Part shown: in pieces, positions 18,342 to 28,386 of the stretch
Numbering within the stretch: the first letter of the stretch is position 1
How the letters are laid out: each line of letters begins with the position of its first letter
Assembly: GCA_020630615.1 (NCBI GenBank)
Contig: JAHDBA010000001.1
Location: forward strand, 155,881-219,880
DNA length: 64,000 nucleotides
Reading direction: 5' to 3'
Origin: Myxococcota bacterium
Lineage (GTDB): Bacteria; Myxococcota; UBA727; JAHDBA01
Translations under genes and position numbers: made by a program
Notes under the pieces: model-generated
What the model saw: the letters and a program-made list of their open reading frames with translations, nothing else
What the model was told of the DNA's origin: nothing
The model's database searches: none

Positions 18342-19829
18342 ATGGAGAGTACAGAGACTGCCCAGCAAGGGGGCCTCACGCGAAGGATTATGTCCTCCGC
18401 ACTCTTTTATGGTGCTGGGCGTTTTATTCCCAAGCTTGTAAGTCTCGTGATGCTTCCAATTTATACGCGTTATTTAACAACGCATGACTATGGTATTTTA
18501 CATCTTGCAATACTAACCCATACAACTTTAAATGCGCTTTCACGTTTTGGTTTACCTGGCGCAATTGGTCGCTTTGCCTTTGACTTCCAAGATCGAAAAG
18601 AGCGTTATACATTAATCTCAAGTGTATTGTGGTTTTTACTCATTACGAGTGGTGCAATATTCACAATCGGAGTTCTGTGTTTAGAGCCTCTATCGAAGAT
18701 GATATTTGGCGACCAATCTCAAGGAACAAGTCTTCTCTTTCTTGTGCTAATCGCATCCTTTTGGATTGGTCCTCAGGAATGCCAGCGACGATGGATCCAA
18801 GTTGAGGAAAAAGCCTGGGTGGCTACACTTTTGAGTTTGGTGAGTTCGACATTGCATGTGGGTCTCGCTCTTTATTGTCTTGTTTGGCAAAATGAGGGGC
18901 TTCGGTCGATGTTGATCGCACTTGCGTTCACTCAGTGCGTGATTGGCGTACAAGCGCTGGTCTATTTGCGTTACGCTCTGGGGACACGTCCCGATGCAAC
19001 GCTATTTCGTCAATGTGCGCGATACGCATCTGGTGTCTATCCCAGTCATTTGGCAGCAACAGCTGGCGATTTTCTAACCCCCTGGATATTGTCTTGGATC
19101 GCAGGCTACGGGGCAACCGGCGTTTTATCGATCGCCATGAAGCTCAGCTCACCCCTGCTGCTGGTTATCGCCGCATTTGGGTCGGCCTTCGCACCCGTAT
19201 ACTTTGATGAACGGATCCGCGATGAGGGAGGCTCTTCTGTAAAGCGCCTGCACGAGGCAACACAAAATATTTTTGGCTATGCGCTTATTGCCTATGTGGG
19301 GATCGCGCTTGGGGCGCCCTTAATTCTTAAAATCGCTGCCACCGAAGAATACTTTGCAGCATGGAAGCTGACAGGGACCTTAGGGCTCATCTCACTCTTA
19401 CGCCTTCTGAATGTTTTGTTTTCGGCCGAACTCTATTTTCACAAGAAAACTCGGGGCGTTGGTTTAGCCTCTGTGCTTGGTATTGTTGTGCAGCTTTGCA
19501 TTCTCTGGCCCTTGGCCAACTTTCTGGGTGAATTGGGCGCAGCGATTGCGATGGTTTTGGGTGCAGCGATTTATGTTGGCGGTTGTGCTTGGCTTACCCG
19601 ACAAGAACATCCGGAGTCCGACATGACCTTAACGTATATTCGGCCGCTTCTTTTGACCGTCGTTTATGTGCTTTTCGCTTCGCTTGTGATGGGGTTTCAG
19701 GGGAGCCCGCAAGCCGTGATGGGGTGTGGCATCTGTTTCGGTCTTCTCTGGCTTTTTGTCTTTGTACGCACCCGTCCAGAAATACTGCAAAGGCTAATCC
19801 GGCCCCTAAAAAACCTAAGGAAGTCCTAA
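18342..19829 (+). CDS. Oligosaccharide flippase-like (Wzx/polysaccharide biosynthesis, MOP superfamily) membrane protein
   Basis: ~12-14 predicted TM segments, N-terminal region typical of Wzx-type polysaccharide biosynthesis proteins. Confidence 0.6.
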   Translation: MESTETAQQGGLTRRIMSSALFYGAGRFIPKLVSLVMLPIYTRYLTTHDYGILHLAILTHTTLNALSRFGLPGAIGRFAFDFQDRKERYTLISSVLWFLLITSGAIFTIGVLCLEPLSKMIFGDQSQGTSLLFLVLIASFWIGPQECQRRWIQVEEKAWVATLLSLVSSTLHVGLALYCLVWQNEGLRSMLIALAFTQCVIGVQALVYLRYALGTRPDATLFRQCARYASGVYPSHLAATAGDFLTPWILSWIAGYGATGVLSIAMKLSSPLLLVIAAFGSAFAPVYFDERIRDEGGSSVKRLHEATQNIFGYALIAYVGIALGAPLILKIAATEEYFAAWKLTGTLGLISLLRLLNVLFSAELYFHKKTRGVGLASVLGIVVQLCILWPLANFLGELGAAIAMVLGAAIYVGGCAWLTRQEHPESDMTLTYIRPLLLTVVYVLFASLVMGFQGSPQAVMGCGICFGLLWLFVFVRTRPEILQRLIRPLKNLRKS

Positions 19830-19959
19830 GCGATATATGAATGGTCAAATGACTGTAGGCATTTGGTGCATCAGCACTTGTAGTCGGAGTGATATTCGAT
19901 GCCACCCTTGCAAATGGCGATAGAAGAGGCAACTTGAGCTTGATACGCGTTGAAATCCA

Positions 19960-20964
19960 GTGCCCGTATCAAGGAGCTTGGAAACCATGTCCGCTACGAT
20001 CAAAACAGCGCTAATTATTCCATGTTACAACGAAGCGGAGCGTCTTCCGACTACGATCTTTTCAGACTTTATTGAGGCAAACCCGACGGTTTTTGTTCTT
20101 TTTGTGAACGACGGCAGCAAGGACAACACAATCGAAGTCCTGGATGCGTTGGTTGAATCGCATCACAATGCACGTTCACTCGATTTATCAAAGAACGGAG
20201 GGAAGTCAGAAGCTGTTCGTCAAGGTGTGCTTTGGATTCAAAGGAACTTAAAGCCCGATTATTTTGCATATTGGGATGCAGATCTTGCAACACCTTTGGA
20301 TGATGTATTGGCTTTTACAGAGTCGATGCAAGAGCGTCCCACTTTAGATGTCGCCATCGGAGCACGCCTTCAACTTTTAGGCCGTCATATTTCACGGAAA
20401 TTGTACAGGCATATTTATGGTCGTATTTTCGCTACGGCAACCTATTTGGTGACACACATTCCTGTTTATGACACCCAGTGCGGTGCAAAAATGTTTCGTG
20501 CGAATTCAAGAAATTATAAAGCATTCGCAAATCCTTTTGTGAGTCGTTGGATCTTTGACGTAGAAATCCTTGTAATTCTGCGAAAGCTTTACGCGGCCGA
20601 TGGACTTCGTTTCAAGGACCACGTTTACGAGTTCCCTTTACACCGTTGGAAGGATGTCGCCGGATCAAAAGTTGGTGTTTCGGATGCGATACGAGCATTC
20701 TTTCAACTTCTGCAAATCTTTTGGCGTTATGAGCGTCATGGTGACTCGACTCTTCTCGCAGATGTCACAACTTGGAAAAAACGCCTACAACAAGGCATTC
20801 AAGTCGAAGGTACAACAAGAACGTCAAGAGATAGCTCTGAAGCGTCTGCACATTCTTCAGAAGGATCAAATGTTGATGCGGATGGTGCTGCTGTTGGTGC
20901 TGCAGACAAACAAGGCATGAGCGTACCCCAATCCAATACTTCGGTGAGTCACCATGAACTATAA
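19960..20964 (+). CDS. Family-2 glycosyltransferase (dolichyl-phosphate sugar transferase-like)
   Basis: ALIIPCYNEAERLP and FVNDGSKDNT motifs, DAD-type motif (WDADLATP). Confidence 0.75.
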   Translation: MPVSRSLETMSATIKTALIIPCYNEAERLPTTIFSDFIEANPTVFVLFVNDGSKDNTIEVLDALVESHHNARSLDLSKNGGKSEAVRQGVLWIQRNLKPDYFAYWDADLATPLDDVLAFTESMQERPTLDVAIGARLQLLGRHISRKLYRHIYGRIFATATYLVTHIPVYDTQCGAKMFRANSRNYKAFANPFVSRWIFDVEILVILRKLYAADGLRFKDHVYEFPLHRWKDVAGSKVGVSDAIRAFFQLLQIFWRYERHGDSTLLADVTTWKKRLQQGIQVEGTTRTSRDSSEASAHSSEGSNVDADGAAVGAADKQGMSVPQSNTSVSHHEL

Positions 20965-21805
20965 GCAAATTTTACCCACGTATCGAAGACGCTTACGTTT
21001 CGTTGGAGAAGAGCTCGATCGTTTTTATGCGCGTCGAGGCAAGGTGCGCTCTACGCTTCATTTGGGGTGCGGCGAAGCAGAGTTTGATTACTTGTTGTCG
21101 CAATATACAGAAACGATGACTTCTGTTGATATTAACCCTGGCGATATTGGTTTTGCCAAAAAGCTGAACTCGGATTTGGAGAATGTTGAGTACCGAATTG
21201 GTGACGCATGTGCCTTGGATTTCGAAGACGCCACCTTCGACCGCATCATTTCGCTCGAAACAATTGAACATGTGCCCAATTATGAGCGCTTCATTCAGGA
21301 GTGTGCACGAGTGCTTGAACCGGGTGGTCATTTTGTTTTGAGTTTCCCAAGTATTGACTACCCGCTCACCTACGACCCTATCAATAAATTATTGGGTGGT
21401 GGTCGAAAACTTATTTCAGCAGGGGCCTATGGTTTTGGCCACGATTGGTTGCCGGAGAAAAGGGATATTCGTGAGAAAGTAGAGTCTGTAGGTTTGCGTT
21501 GCGTTCGTGAAGAAATGCTTTCTGGGCCCTTGGTCGGACTTTTGGAATGCTATCTACCTGGTATGCTGCAAAGCTTGCTCAAGTCCAATTCTGCAAATAT
21601 TGATGAGGACAGGTTTGGAGAAGTTCAAGCGAATGTCCATTCGAAAGCAGGGGCGATGCAAAGCGAAGATGACGTTAAAGGCATACGACCCAATCGAGGG
21701 GTGCCTAAACTTGTGTGGATGGTGGATCTTCTCAACGCGATTGATCAAAGAGTGAGCTTGGGTTCCTCTGTTGGCGTTGGGCAAGTGTATCGGAAAGAAG
21801 AGTAG
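20954..21805 (+). CDS. Class I SAM-dependent methyltransferase
   Basis: LHLGCGEAEF (motif I) and ISLETIEHVPNYERFIQECARVLEPGGHFVLS (Methyltransf_11-like); overlaps the upstream GT2 gene by 11 nt. Confidence 0.7.
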   Translation: MNYKQILPTYRRRLRFVGEELDRFYARRGKVRSTLHLGCGEAEFDYLLSQYTETMTSVDINPGDIGFAKKLNSDLENVEYRIGDACALDFEDATFDRIISLETIEHVPNYERFIQECARVLEPGGHFVLSFPSIDYPLTYDPINKLLGGGRKLISAGAYGFGHDWLPEKRDIREKVESVGLRCVREEMLSGPLVGLLECYLPGMLQSLLKSNSANIDEDRFGEVQANVHSKAGAMQSEDDVKGIRPNRGVPKLVWMVDLLNAIDQRVSLGSSVGVGQVYRKEE

Positions 21806-21898
21806 GTCTTTTGAATCAAAAGAGTTTGAGGGTGCGTTTGAATGCGTCTCACAAACCTGAGCGCTTCGTAAATTCGAGAGACAAGGATATGTGGTTTG

Positions 21899-23581
21899 AT
21901 GCCTTTGTGTGAAAGTTCAGCTGAGAATACGATCTCTCAACAGCCACTCCGAAATTTGTTTTCAGTACCCAAAGCGCTTCTCTTGCTTATGGTGGTGTTA
22001 CTCGTTTTGATCACACTGGGGCAAATCGGTGCGTTCCCGAACTATGACGACTCACTCATCGCATTGGCTTCTCGTGAGGCAGGCTCGAGAGCGCTTTTTG
22101 ATATGCACTTCGATCAGCCGGTCAACGGTTGGCTTTGGTGGAAGTTGGATGCACTTGGAGTGCTTTGGTCTTTTGGAGTAGGCTCCAATATCATCTGGTG
22201 GGCATTGATGGCGCTTCTTGCACGTGCTTTCGTATTGATTGCAAGTCAAGGTGCCGACACATCGTTTTGGCGAGACGTTGGATATAGTGCCCCACTGGTG
22301 GTGTTAACGCCGATATTCTTAGAAACAAACTCTGTGATTATAACCACAGGCTTTCCCATTATCGGTGTTTCGACTCTGATTCTCAGCACCCTCTTAATCT
22401 TTGAACTCACTCACTCACAATCCACTGCACGCTATGTGCTCGCACTAATTCTATGTGCAGCAATGGTTTTTGGTCTGCAATTGTTCTATTTTTATGGTGT
22501 GCCTTCTGGGGCGGTTGTTTGCGCCTGGGTTCTCGGTCGGACGCTCTTGGCTCATTTCTCGTCAAAGCGCCGGAAACTTTCAATAGGACGTTCTTTTGCG
22601 TTCATCCTGACCATACTCGTGGCAACGGGGGCGGGGTATGCCTGCTTTAAGTTGCTGGGTGACTTTTCTTGGCGAGCGTCGGTATCGGCAGATTCTGTCG
22701 GCGCAAGCCTTTTTGGGCGTCTTGTTCGTTTACCACTACAGGCTCTTAGTGTTTTGCTCTCGGTTGGTATTGGTGCTTTTGCTGAAGAGCTTGGCGCGAT
22801 TTCCGTGCGTACCAAGCTCGATCTTATCGCAACCGTGCTTGGTGCCTTGAGTGGGTTCTATCTTTGGCGTTGTTTCCAAATGCGCGGTGTCGCTGCGCCA
22901 AGAGAATCTGGCGCCGAAAGCAATGGACCTCGATCACAGAATGTATTGAATGTTTTCATATTGCTTGCTTTCTGTATTTTCGCGGTATTTGTTCCTGTTC
23001 GAATGATGGGGCGACCTTTTGTTTATGAGGGGTTCATGTCACGTATGGTGGCGCCAGCGCTTCCCTTCATGGCGATTTTCTTGAGCATATCATTGCGTTT
23101 GATCTTGTGTGGCTTGAACTCAACGCGCTTTCTGGCGATCGTGGGTGGGCTCTTGATCAGCATTTGTGCGCGAGATGTTCTTCAAGACCGGCATGTGCGT
23201 GACGTCCACCGTCGCTGGGGAAATGAACTTCAAAGGCTTATGGAGTCTCACGATGATCAAGTCGTTGCTCTCTTTCCGAAAAGTTCGCAGATTCGACGAA
23301 CACAGTTTGGCGATGACCTTTTGACTGCACGATTAACAATGGACTGGCCGCCAGCGCTTCGAAAGCGTTTTTGGGCAAGTGTCAGTCCTGGTGAAATGGG
23401 GCCGAACGGAACTTCGCAAATACGGATACAGGACTTCCCAAGCATGCAGCGTAGGCAACCCGATACGATCTGGATCGTCCATCTCAATAAAGAAGTTTTA
23501 CACGTTAGCGAGACCCATCAACTTGAGAGCTTGAGCAAGATTGAATCCAGCCAGTTTGATGTTCGTGCTCGAAGCCACTAG
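21899..23581 (+). CDS. Large polytopic membrane protein, possible GT-C-type glycosyltransferase/polymerase
   Basis: ~11 TM N-terminal domain plus ~150-aa soluble C-terminus, located in the glycan cluster; no specific motif recognised. Confidence 0.4.
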   Translation: MPLCESSAENTISQQPLRNLFSVPKALLLLMVVLLVLITLGQIGAFPNYDDSLIALASREAGSRALFDMHFDQPVNGWLWWKLDALGVLWSFGVGSNIIWWALMALLARAFVLIASQGADTSFWRDVGYSAPLVVLTPIFLETNSVIITTGFPIIGVSTLILSTLLIFELTHSQSTARYVLALILCAAMVFGLQLFYFYGVPSGAVVCAWVLGRTLLAHFSSKRRKLSIGRSFAFILTILVATGAGYACFKLLGDFSWRASVSADSVGASLFGRLVRLPLQALSVLLSVGIGAFAEELGAISVRTKLDLIATVLGALSGFYLWRCFQMRGVAAPRESGAESNGPRSQNVLNVFILLAFCIFAVFVPVRMMGRPFVYEGFMSRMVAPALPFMAIFLSISLRLILCGLNSTRFLAIVGGLLISICARDVLQDRHVRDVHRRWGNELQRLMESHDDQVVALFPKSSQIRRTQFGDDLLTARLTMDWPPALRKRFWASVSPGEMGPNGTSQIRIQDFPSMQRRQPDTIWIVHLNKEVLHVSETHQLESLSKIESSQFDVRARSH

Positions 23582-23654
23582 TTTCGATTGGCGGGGGCGA
23601 GGTCCCATCAATTGGGATGGGTAAGTTTCTTTGGCGGATGACGAGGAGCGGAGT

Positions 23655-24500
23655 ATGTCTCAGAATTTGTACGCGATAATACCTGCAGCAGGAATGGGAA
23701 CGCGACTACGACCCGCGACATTGGCCACACCCAAGGAACTCTTACCAATTTTTGATCGTCCATCCATTGATTTGGTCCTGGAAGAAATATTCTTGTCCGG
23801 AATCAATCATGTGGTCATTGTGACATCCAAACGCAAGCCTATGATTCGCGAATACTTGGAAGGACGTGTGGACGAGAGTTTTGAAAATTGGATGCCGAAA
23901 GTCGTTCAAACGAGAGGCGGGAAGCTTGTGCCAAAGATTGAATTTGTGTACCAAGAGGAAGCCTTAGGCTTGGGGCATGCAGTCTATTGCGCAAGTCAAC
24001 ATCGTCCGCAATCCGACTTCGCCGTTGTACTGCCCGACGACTTATATTTTAGTGACCCTGAGACACCTGCACTTGGGCAACTGGTTTCAAGTTATCGAGA
24101 TTCGGGTCAGTCGCAGCTCGGACTCATGCCTGTCTCAGCGGAGGAGCTTGAGCTTTACGGTGCAGCATGTTTGGAAACTCCGGAGATTGACTCCAATCGT
24201 TCTGCGATAAGCGCATTGGTTGAAAAGCCGAAACGCGGCACGAGTGACGCGCGCCATGCTGTCGTCGGTCGCTATGTTTTTTCACACCCAATTAATTCTC
24301 ATTTGCGTGAAGGTGAAAAAGGACTGGGTGGTGAAATCCAACTTACGGATGCCATAGCAAAAATGCTTGCCAGTTCAGGGGGCCACGGTGTGATTGGAGT
24401 CACCTTACAAGGGGAACGAATTGATGCAGGAACCAAAGTCGGATTGCTGCGTGCAAGCATCCGGGAAGCAAGGGCCCGAGGAATCCCTATTGCGCTCTAA
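23655..24500 (+). CDS. galU: UTP--glucose-1-phosphate uridylyltransferase
   Basis: AIIPAAGMGTRLRPATLATPKELLPI and overall GalU similarity; GAGGAG RBS 6 nt before ATG 23655. Confidence 0.85.
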   Translation: MSQNLYAIIPAAGMGTRLRPATLATPKELLPIFDRPSIDLVLEEIFLSGINHVVIVTSKRKPMIREYLEGRVDESFENWMPKVVQTRGGKLVPKIEFVYQEEALGLGHAVYCASQHRPQSDFAVVLPDDLYFSDPETPALGQLVSSYRDSGQSQLGLMPVSAEELELYGAACLETPEIDSNRSAISALVEKPKRGTSDARHAVVGRYVFSHPINSHLREGEKGLGGEIQLTDAIAKMLASSGGHGVIGVTLQGERIDAGTKVGLLRASIREARARGIPIAL

Positions 24501-24517
24501 ATGAGTGCCGCGAGACC

Positions 24518-24541
24518 TAAAAAAGCTCGCCGGAGCGAGCT
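24518..24541 (-). terminator. Rho-independent terminator (T-tract on minus strand)
   Basis: agctcgc-cgga-gcgagct hairpin; AAAAAA on the plus side gives a U-tract for minus-strand transcripts, 30 nt downstream of the small minus-strand ORF. Confidence 0.6.
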
Positions 24542-24570
24542 ATTCTTAAAAAATAATACGCATAAGCCAG

Positions 24571-24735
24571 TTACGAAAGTTTAAACCATTCTTCGTGACG
24601 GAGCGCACGAGGATCTTGCTTTGCGTTAAATTTTTTAACGGTATTCTTCCAGATCGTATTTTGCGCGCTTTCAACTTTGGGGCTTGCTTCGCGTTTCAAC
24701 CCTTTCAAGAGCGACTTCTTTTCATCGTATACCAT
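24571..24735 (-). CDS. Candidate small protein (54 aa), not in ORF track
   Basis: MVYDEKKSLLKGLKREASPKVESAQNTIWKNTVKKFNAKQDPRALRHEEWFKLS; AAGGAG 9 nt upstream of the ATG; followed by the hairpin terminator at 24518-24541. Confidence 0.4.
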   Translation of the reverse strand: MVYDEKKSLLKGLKREASPKVESAQNTIWKNTVKKFNAKQDPRALRHEEWFKLS

Positions 24736-24813
24736 TATTTGCATCTCCTTTTATCATTTGGATACTACTTCCCGATTCCCAAGTGGAGCACGAGCTGCTC
24801 TTGCACCGTGAGT

Positions 24814-25227
24814 CTAATCGATAAAATTCTTTACTTCAGGAACCGCGTCCAACAAAGAAGCAAATATTCCGTCGCCAGCTTTATCTTTGATGAAGTTGGT
24901 TACAATGCCAACGAATGAGCCCATTTGGTCTCCTTCGAGACCTGTGTTGGTCAGCGCGCCAACCAGTCCGGCCGCTCCTCCAAGTTTATCACCAAGCATT
25001 GAGGAGGCAGCTCCCATAAGGCCGCCCATGAGTCCGCCTGAGCTTTCGCCTTCACCCGTGTTTGATGCAAGATCCGATACCCCAGGGATTGCGCCTTCAA
25101 GTTTTGAAAAGACTTCATCACCGGCTTGATCTTTAACAAAGCCCATAAGACTTCCCACAGCATTTTGCGCGCCACCCTCATCCATTCCGAGTTGGCTTGT
25201 GACTTGACCAATGAGTTCTTGAATCAT
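24814..25227 (-). CDS. DUF2780-family protein
   Basis: MIQELIGQVTSQLGMDEGGAQNAVGSLMGFVKDQAGDEVFSKLEGAIPGVSDL matches the DUF2780 pattern; Gly-rich repeats. Confidence 0.6.
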   Translation of the reverse strand: MIQELIGQVTSQLGMDEGGAQNAVGSLMGFVKDQAGDEVFSKLEGAIPGVSDLASNTGEGESSGGLMGGLMGAASSMLGDKLGGAAGLVGALTNTGLEGDQMGSFVGIVTNFIKDKAGDGIFASLLDAVPEVKNFID

Positions 25228-25451
25228 ATTCGTTCCTTTGGCTAAAACCTTCTCTAGGGTACACAATTCACACTCAAACTTAAAGTCTTGAAGGGAGAAA
25301 GCTGTAGGACTGGATCCTCGATAAATTAGTACTTTAGATGTGTAAGCGTTGGTCGAGCCAACAAAAAGGTCCTCGCACCTTCAGGCTGATGTGTTGGGAT
25401 GCAGTGCGGCAACATCGGTAGTTCAAAAAGCGCTATGAAAGGAAGGCAAAG

Positions 25452-27089
25452 ATGGCTAACCTTTCAGCAACTTTTGGGGGCGATCTTATGGTGGTACGAA
25501 GCGAAGAAACACTCAATCTCAGCAAGCATGGTCTCAGTACTCAACGGCTTGTACGACGTAACTGGTCAACCGAGGCATTGTATGAAGAAGCCATATCCAA
25601 GGGTGCAAAGCTAGCACAGGGCGGAGCCTTAACCGTAGTGACGGGCAAACATACAGGGCGTGCTGCAAAAGATAAAAAGATCGTTCGCGATGCAACAACC
25701 GAAGAATCAATTGATTGGGGCGATGTGAATGTTCCAATGGAACCCAAATATTACGATGCACTGAATGCGCACATTCTTAACCATCTTGAAGACAAAACCC
25801 TCTACGTCATGGATGTCTATGCTGGCTCCGATGAACGCTATCGTTTGCCAGTTCGGGTGATTACAGAAAGTGCACATCATGCCCATTTTGTTCGAACGAT
25901 GTTTATTGATTCAACCCCAGAACAACGCGAAGGTTTTGAGCCGGAGTTCACAGTTTTACATGCACCCAGTTGTCTTGCAGACCCGCAAAAGCATGGTACG
26001 CGCTCGGAGACCTTCATTGCTGTGAACTTTGCGGCCAAACATGTTCTTATCGGTGGGACAGTGTACGCCGGAGAGATTAAGAAGTCTGTTTTTGGAGCAA
26101 TGAACTACTATCTTCCACCACAAGGTGTTCTTTCGATGCACGCGTCTGCCAATGTGGGCATCACGGGGCAGAGCGCTGGAAAGAGCGCAATCTTCTTTGG
26201 ATTGTCAGGCACGGGTAAAACAACACTCTCCGCAGACGCGAGTCGACAGCTCATTGGTGACGATGAACACGCTTGGACGAACGACGGGGTCTTCAATATT
26301 GAAGGGGGTTGTTATGCAAAAGTAATTCGCCTTGATCCTGAAGCGGAGCCTGAAATTTATGCAACGACTTCACGTTATGGAACGCTGCTCGAAAATGTAG
26401 TCATGCACGAAGATCGTAGCCTTGACCTGGACGATAACAAATACACTGAAAATACACGTGCGGCATATCCGATCGAGTTTATTCCAAACCACAAAGAAGA
26501 CGGTATGGGTCCGCAACCTTCAGACATCATCATGCTCACAGCAGACGCTTTCGGCGTGTTGCCTCCGATTGCTCGACTTAGCACCGAGCAAGCAATGTAC
26601 TGGTTTATGTTGGGCTACACGGCAAAAGTTGCCGGGACGGAGATGGGCGTAACAGAGCCGCAGGCGACCTTTAGTGCATGTTTCGGAGCGCCTTTCATGC
26701 CGCGACATCCTTCCGCCTATGCAAAGCTCTTGGGGGAAAAAATTGAGAAGCACGGCGTGCGTGTTTGGCTTCTCAATACAGGGTGGACAGGTGGCCCCTA
26801 CGGGCAAGGCGAGCGGATGAAAATCAAGTACACTCGCGCAATGCTAAATGCTGCACTGGATGGAAAACTCGACAGCGTCACAATGACGAAAGATCCAATC
26901 TTTGGTCTCGAGGTTCCCAGTGTGTGCCCAGGTGTACCTGACAACGTTCTCAATCCAAAAACAACCTGGAGTGATGGGGCGGCTTACGATGCGAAGGCCA
27001 AAGAGCTTGCGGGTGCATTCGTCGAGAATTTTAAAGTGTATGCATCCCATGTGACACCAGAAGTATTGGCCGTAAATCCAAACGCGTGA
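25452..27089 (+). CDS. pckA: Phosphoenolpyruvate carboxykinase (ATP)
   Basis: FFGLSGTGKTTLSAD kinase-1a motif and full-length PckA similarity; AAAGGAAGG RBS. Confidence 0.9.
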   Translation: MANLSATFGGDLMVVRSEETLNLSKHGLSTQRLVRRNWSTEALYEEAISKGAKLAQGGALTVVTGKHTGRAAKDKKIVRDATTEESIDWGDVNVPMEPKYYDALNAHILNHLEDKTLYVMDVYAGSDERYRLPVRVITESAHHAHFVRTMFIDSTPEQREGFEPEFTVLHAPSCLADPQKHGTRSETFIAVNFAAKHVLIGGTVYAGEIKKSVFGAMNYYLPPQGVLSMHASANVGITGQSAGKSAIFFGLSGTGKTTLSADASRQLIGDDEHAWTNDGVFNIEGGCYAKVIRLDPEAEPEIYATTSRYGTLLENVVMHEDRSLDLDDNKYTENTRAAYPIEFIPNHKEDGMGPQPSDIIMLTADAFGVLPPIARLSTEQAMYWFMLGYTAKVAGTEMGVTEPQATFSACFGAPFMPRHPSAYAKLLGEKIEKHGVRVWLLNTGWTGGPYGQGERMKIKYTRAMLNAALDGKLDSVTMTKDPIFGLEVPSVCPGVPDNVLNPKTTWSDGAAYDAKAKELAGAFVENFKVYASHVTPEVLAVNPNA

Positions 27090-27119
27090 GTGGGATAGTC
27101 CTGAGGTGATGATTCAAAG

Positions 27120-27458
27120 ATGAGAGTTGAGCAGCTTAAGGGGCCACAGAATAACGAGTCGAGGCTTGCATGGTATGAAGGAGAGGTTCTTCGGTGCGAA
27201 AACCGCGTCAAGCAGGCCCAGAAGGAATTGGCGTGGGCGAAACGTATTCCGATCGTAATTTTGCCACTTGCTTTGCTTTGTTTTTTTGTGTCGTTTAACG
27301 CGGGATGCCTTGCATTGTGCAGTGCATTGGTCTTTGTTTGGCTCGGCTTTTATTTAAACTTCTTTCAACGCCGAGAGTCTTTATCATGTTTGGAAAGTGC
27401 AAAGGCTGAGCTTGAACGCTACGATGATCTTCGTCGAAGCAGTTCTTCAAAAGTTTGA
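27120..27458 (+). CDS. Hypothetical small membrane protein
   Basis: Two hydrophobic segments; overlaps the probable start region of the LRR gene, so boundaries are uncertain. Confidence 0.3.
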   Translation: MRVEQLKGPQNNESRLAWYEGEVLRCENRVKQAQKELAWAKRIPIVILPLALLCFFVSFNAGCLALCSALVFVWLGFYLNFFQRRESLSCLESAKAELERYDDLRRSSSSKV

Positions 27459-27477
27459 AGATGCACAAAGGGTAAGT

Positions 27478-28224
27478 ATGAGTTTGCTTGATGCACATGT
27501 CCCCAAAGCGCGAAAAGCTCTGGGCGGCGTTTTTGAAGATGCAAACCTCGCTCGAGTTGTTCGAGAAAGTGCTCGCTTGGAGCTTCAATATGTACAACGC
27601 CTCGATGCCTACGACCGAAACATCATGGCTTTGGGAGGGCTTGAAGCATGCATTAACCTGCGCTATGTCGATTTACATAAGAACCAAATTATCGATCCAT
27701 CACCTTTGGCCTCGCTTTCGAATTTGACGGAGCTTCATCTCGGAATGAACCGAGTCTCGAATCTCGATTTTATGCAAAGCTTGGAGCACGTCCATACCTT
27801 GGAGATTTTTGACAATGCGATTGAAGAGCTCGAAGCGTTAACCAATTCTGTGAACCTCGAGGTTCTGCATTTGCGGATGAATACCATCGAGGAACTCAGT
27901 TCGTTGTCGACCCTTGTCAATATTGAGGAGTTGTCATTGGCTTCGAACCAAATCGCTGACATTGGTGCTCTCTCGAATATGCATAAGCTCCGGCAACTGA
28001 ACCTCTACAACAATTCGATTGAAGATTTGTCACCTTTGGCCGGGCTCGACTCGCTACAAGAAGTTTATATTGGTGCAAATCCAATTGCTTCAATTGAGGC
28101 GTTGCTCAGCTGTGATAATTTGAAAGAAGTGTTTTATCCCGATCTTGAACTTGACCGAGCGGAGGAAGAGGTCTTAAGAAAGCACCTCGCGAAGAACAGA
28201 GCATCCTCAGCCGAAGTCGAATGA
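27478..28224 (+). CDS. Leucine-rich repeat (internalin-like 22-aa LRR) protein
   Basis: ~9 consecutive LxxLxLxxNxIxDIxxLxxLxN units (e.g. LTELHLGMNRVSNLDFMQSLEHVHTLEI…). Confidence 0.65.
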   Translation: MSLLDAHVPKARKALGGVFEDANLARVVRESARLELQYVQRLDAYDRNIMALGGLEACINLRYVDLHKNQIIDPSPLASLSNLTELHLGMNRVSNLDFMQSLEHVHTLEIFDNAIEELEALTNSVNLEVLHLRMNTIEELSSLSTLVNIEELSLASNQIADIGALSNMHKLRQLNLYNNSIEDLSPLAGLDSLQEVYIGANPIASIEALLSCDNLKEVFYPDLELDRAEEEVLRKHLAKNRASSAEVE

Positions 28225-28386
28225 TTGTATCAGGCACTTAACAACGGGTTGCGTCCCCACAAAAGCGTACCCAGCGCACAACCCATCGGTATTTGTGCGG
28301 CGGAAGAGTCTCGAATTGGTGCGATCCACCATGCATCAACACAATGATTTGGTTTCAACATGGACCTCACGTTAAACTGAATTATC

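Noticed and set aside
24595-24918. 107-aa plus-strand ORF
   Set aside because: It overlaps a better-supported minus-strand small ORF plus its terminator and the 3' end of the DUF2780 gene, with no RBS or motif.
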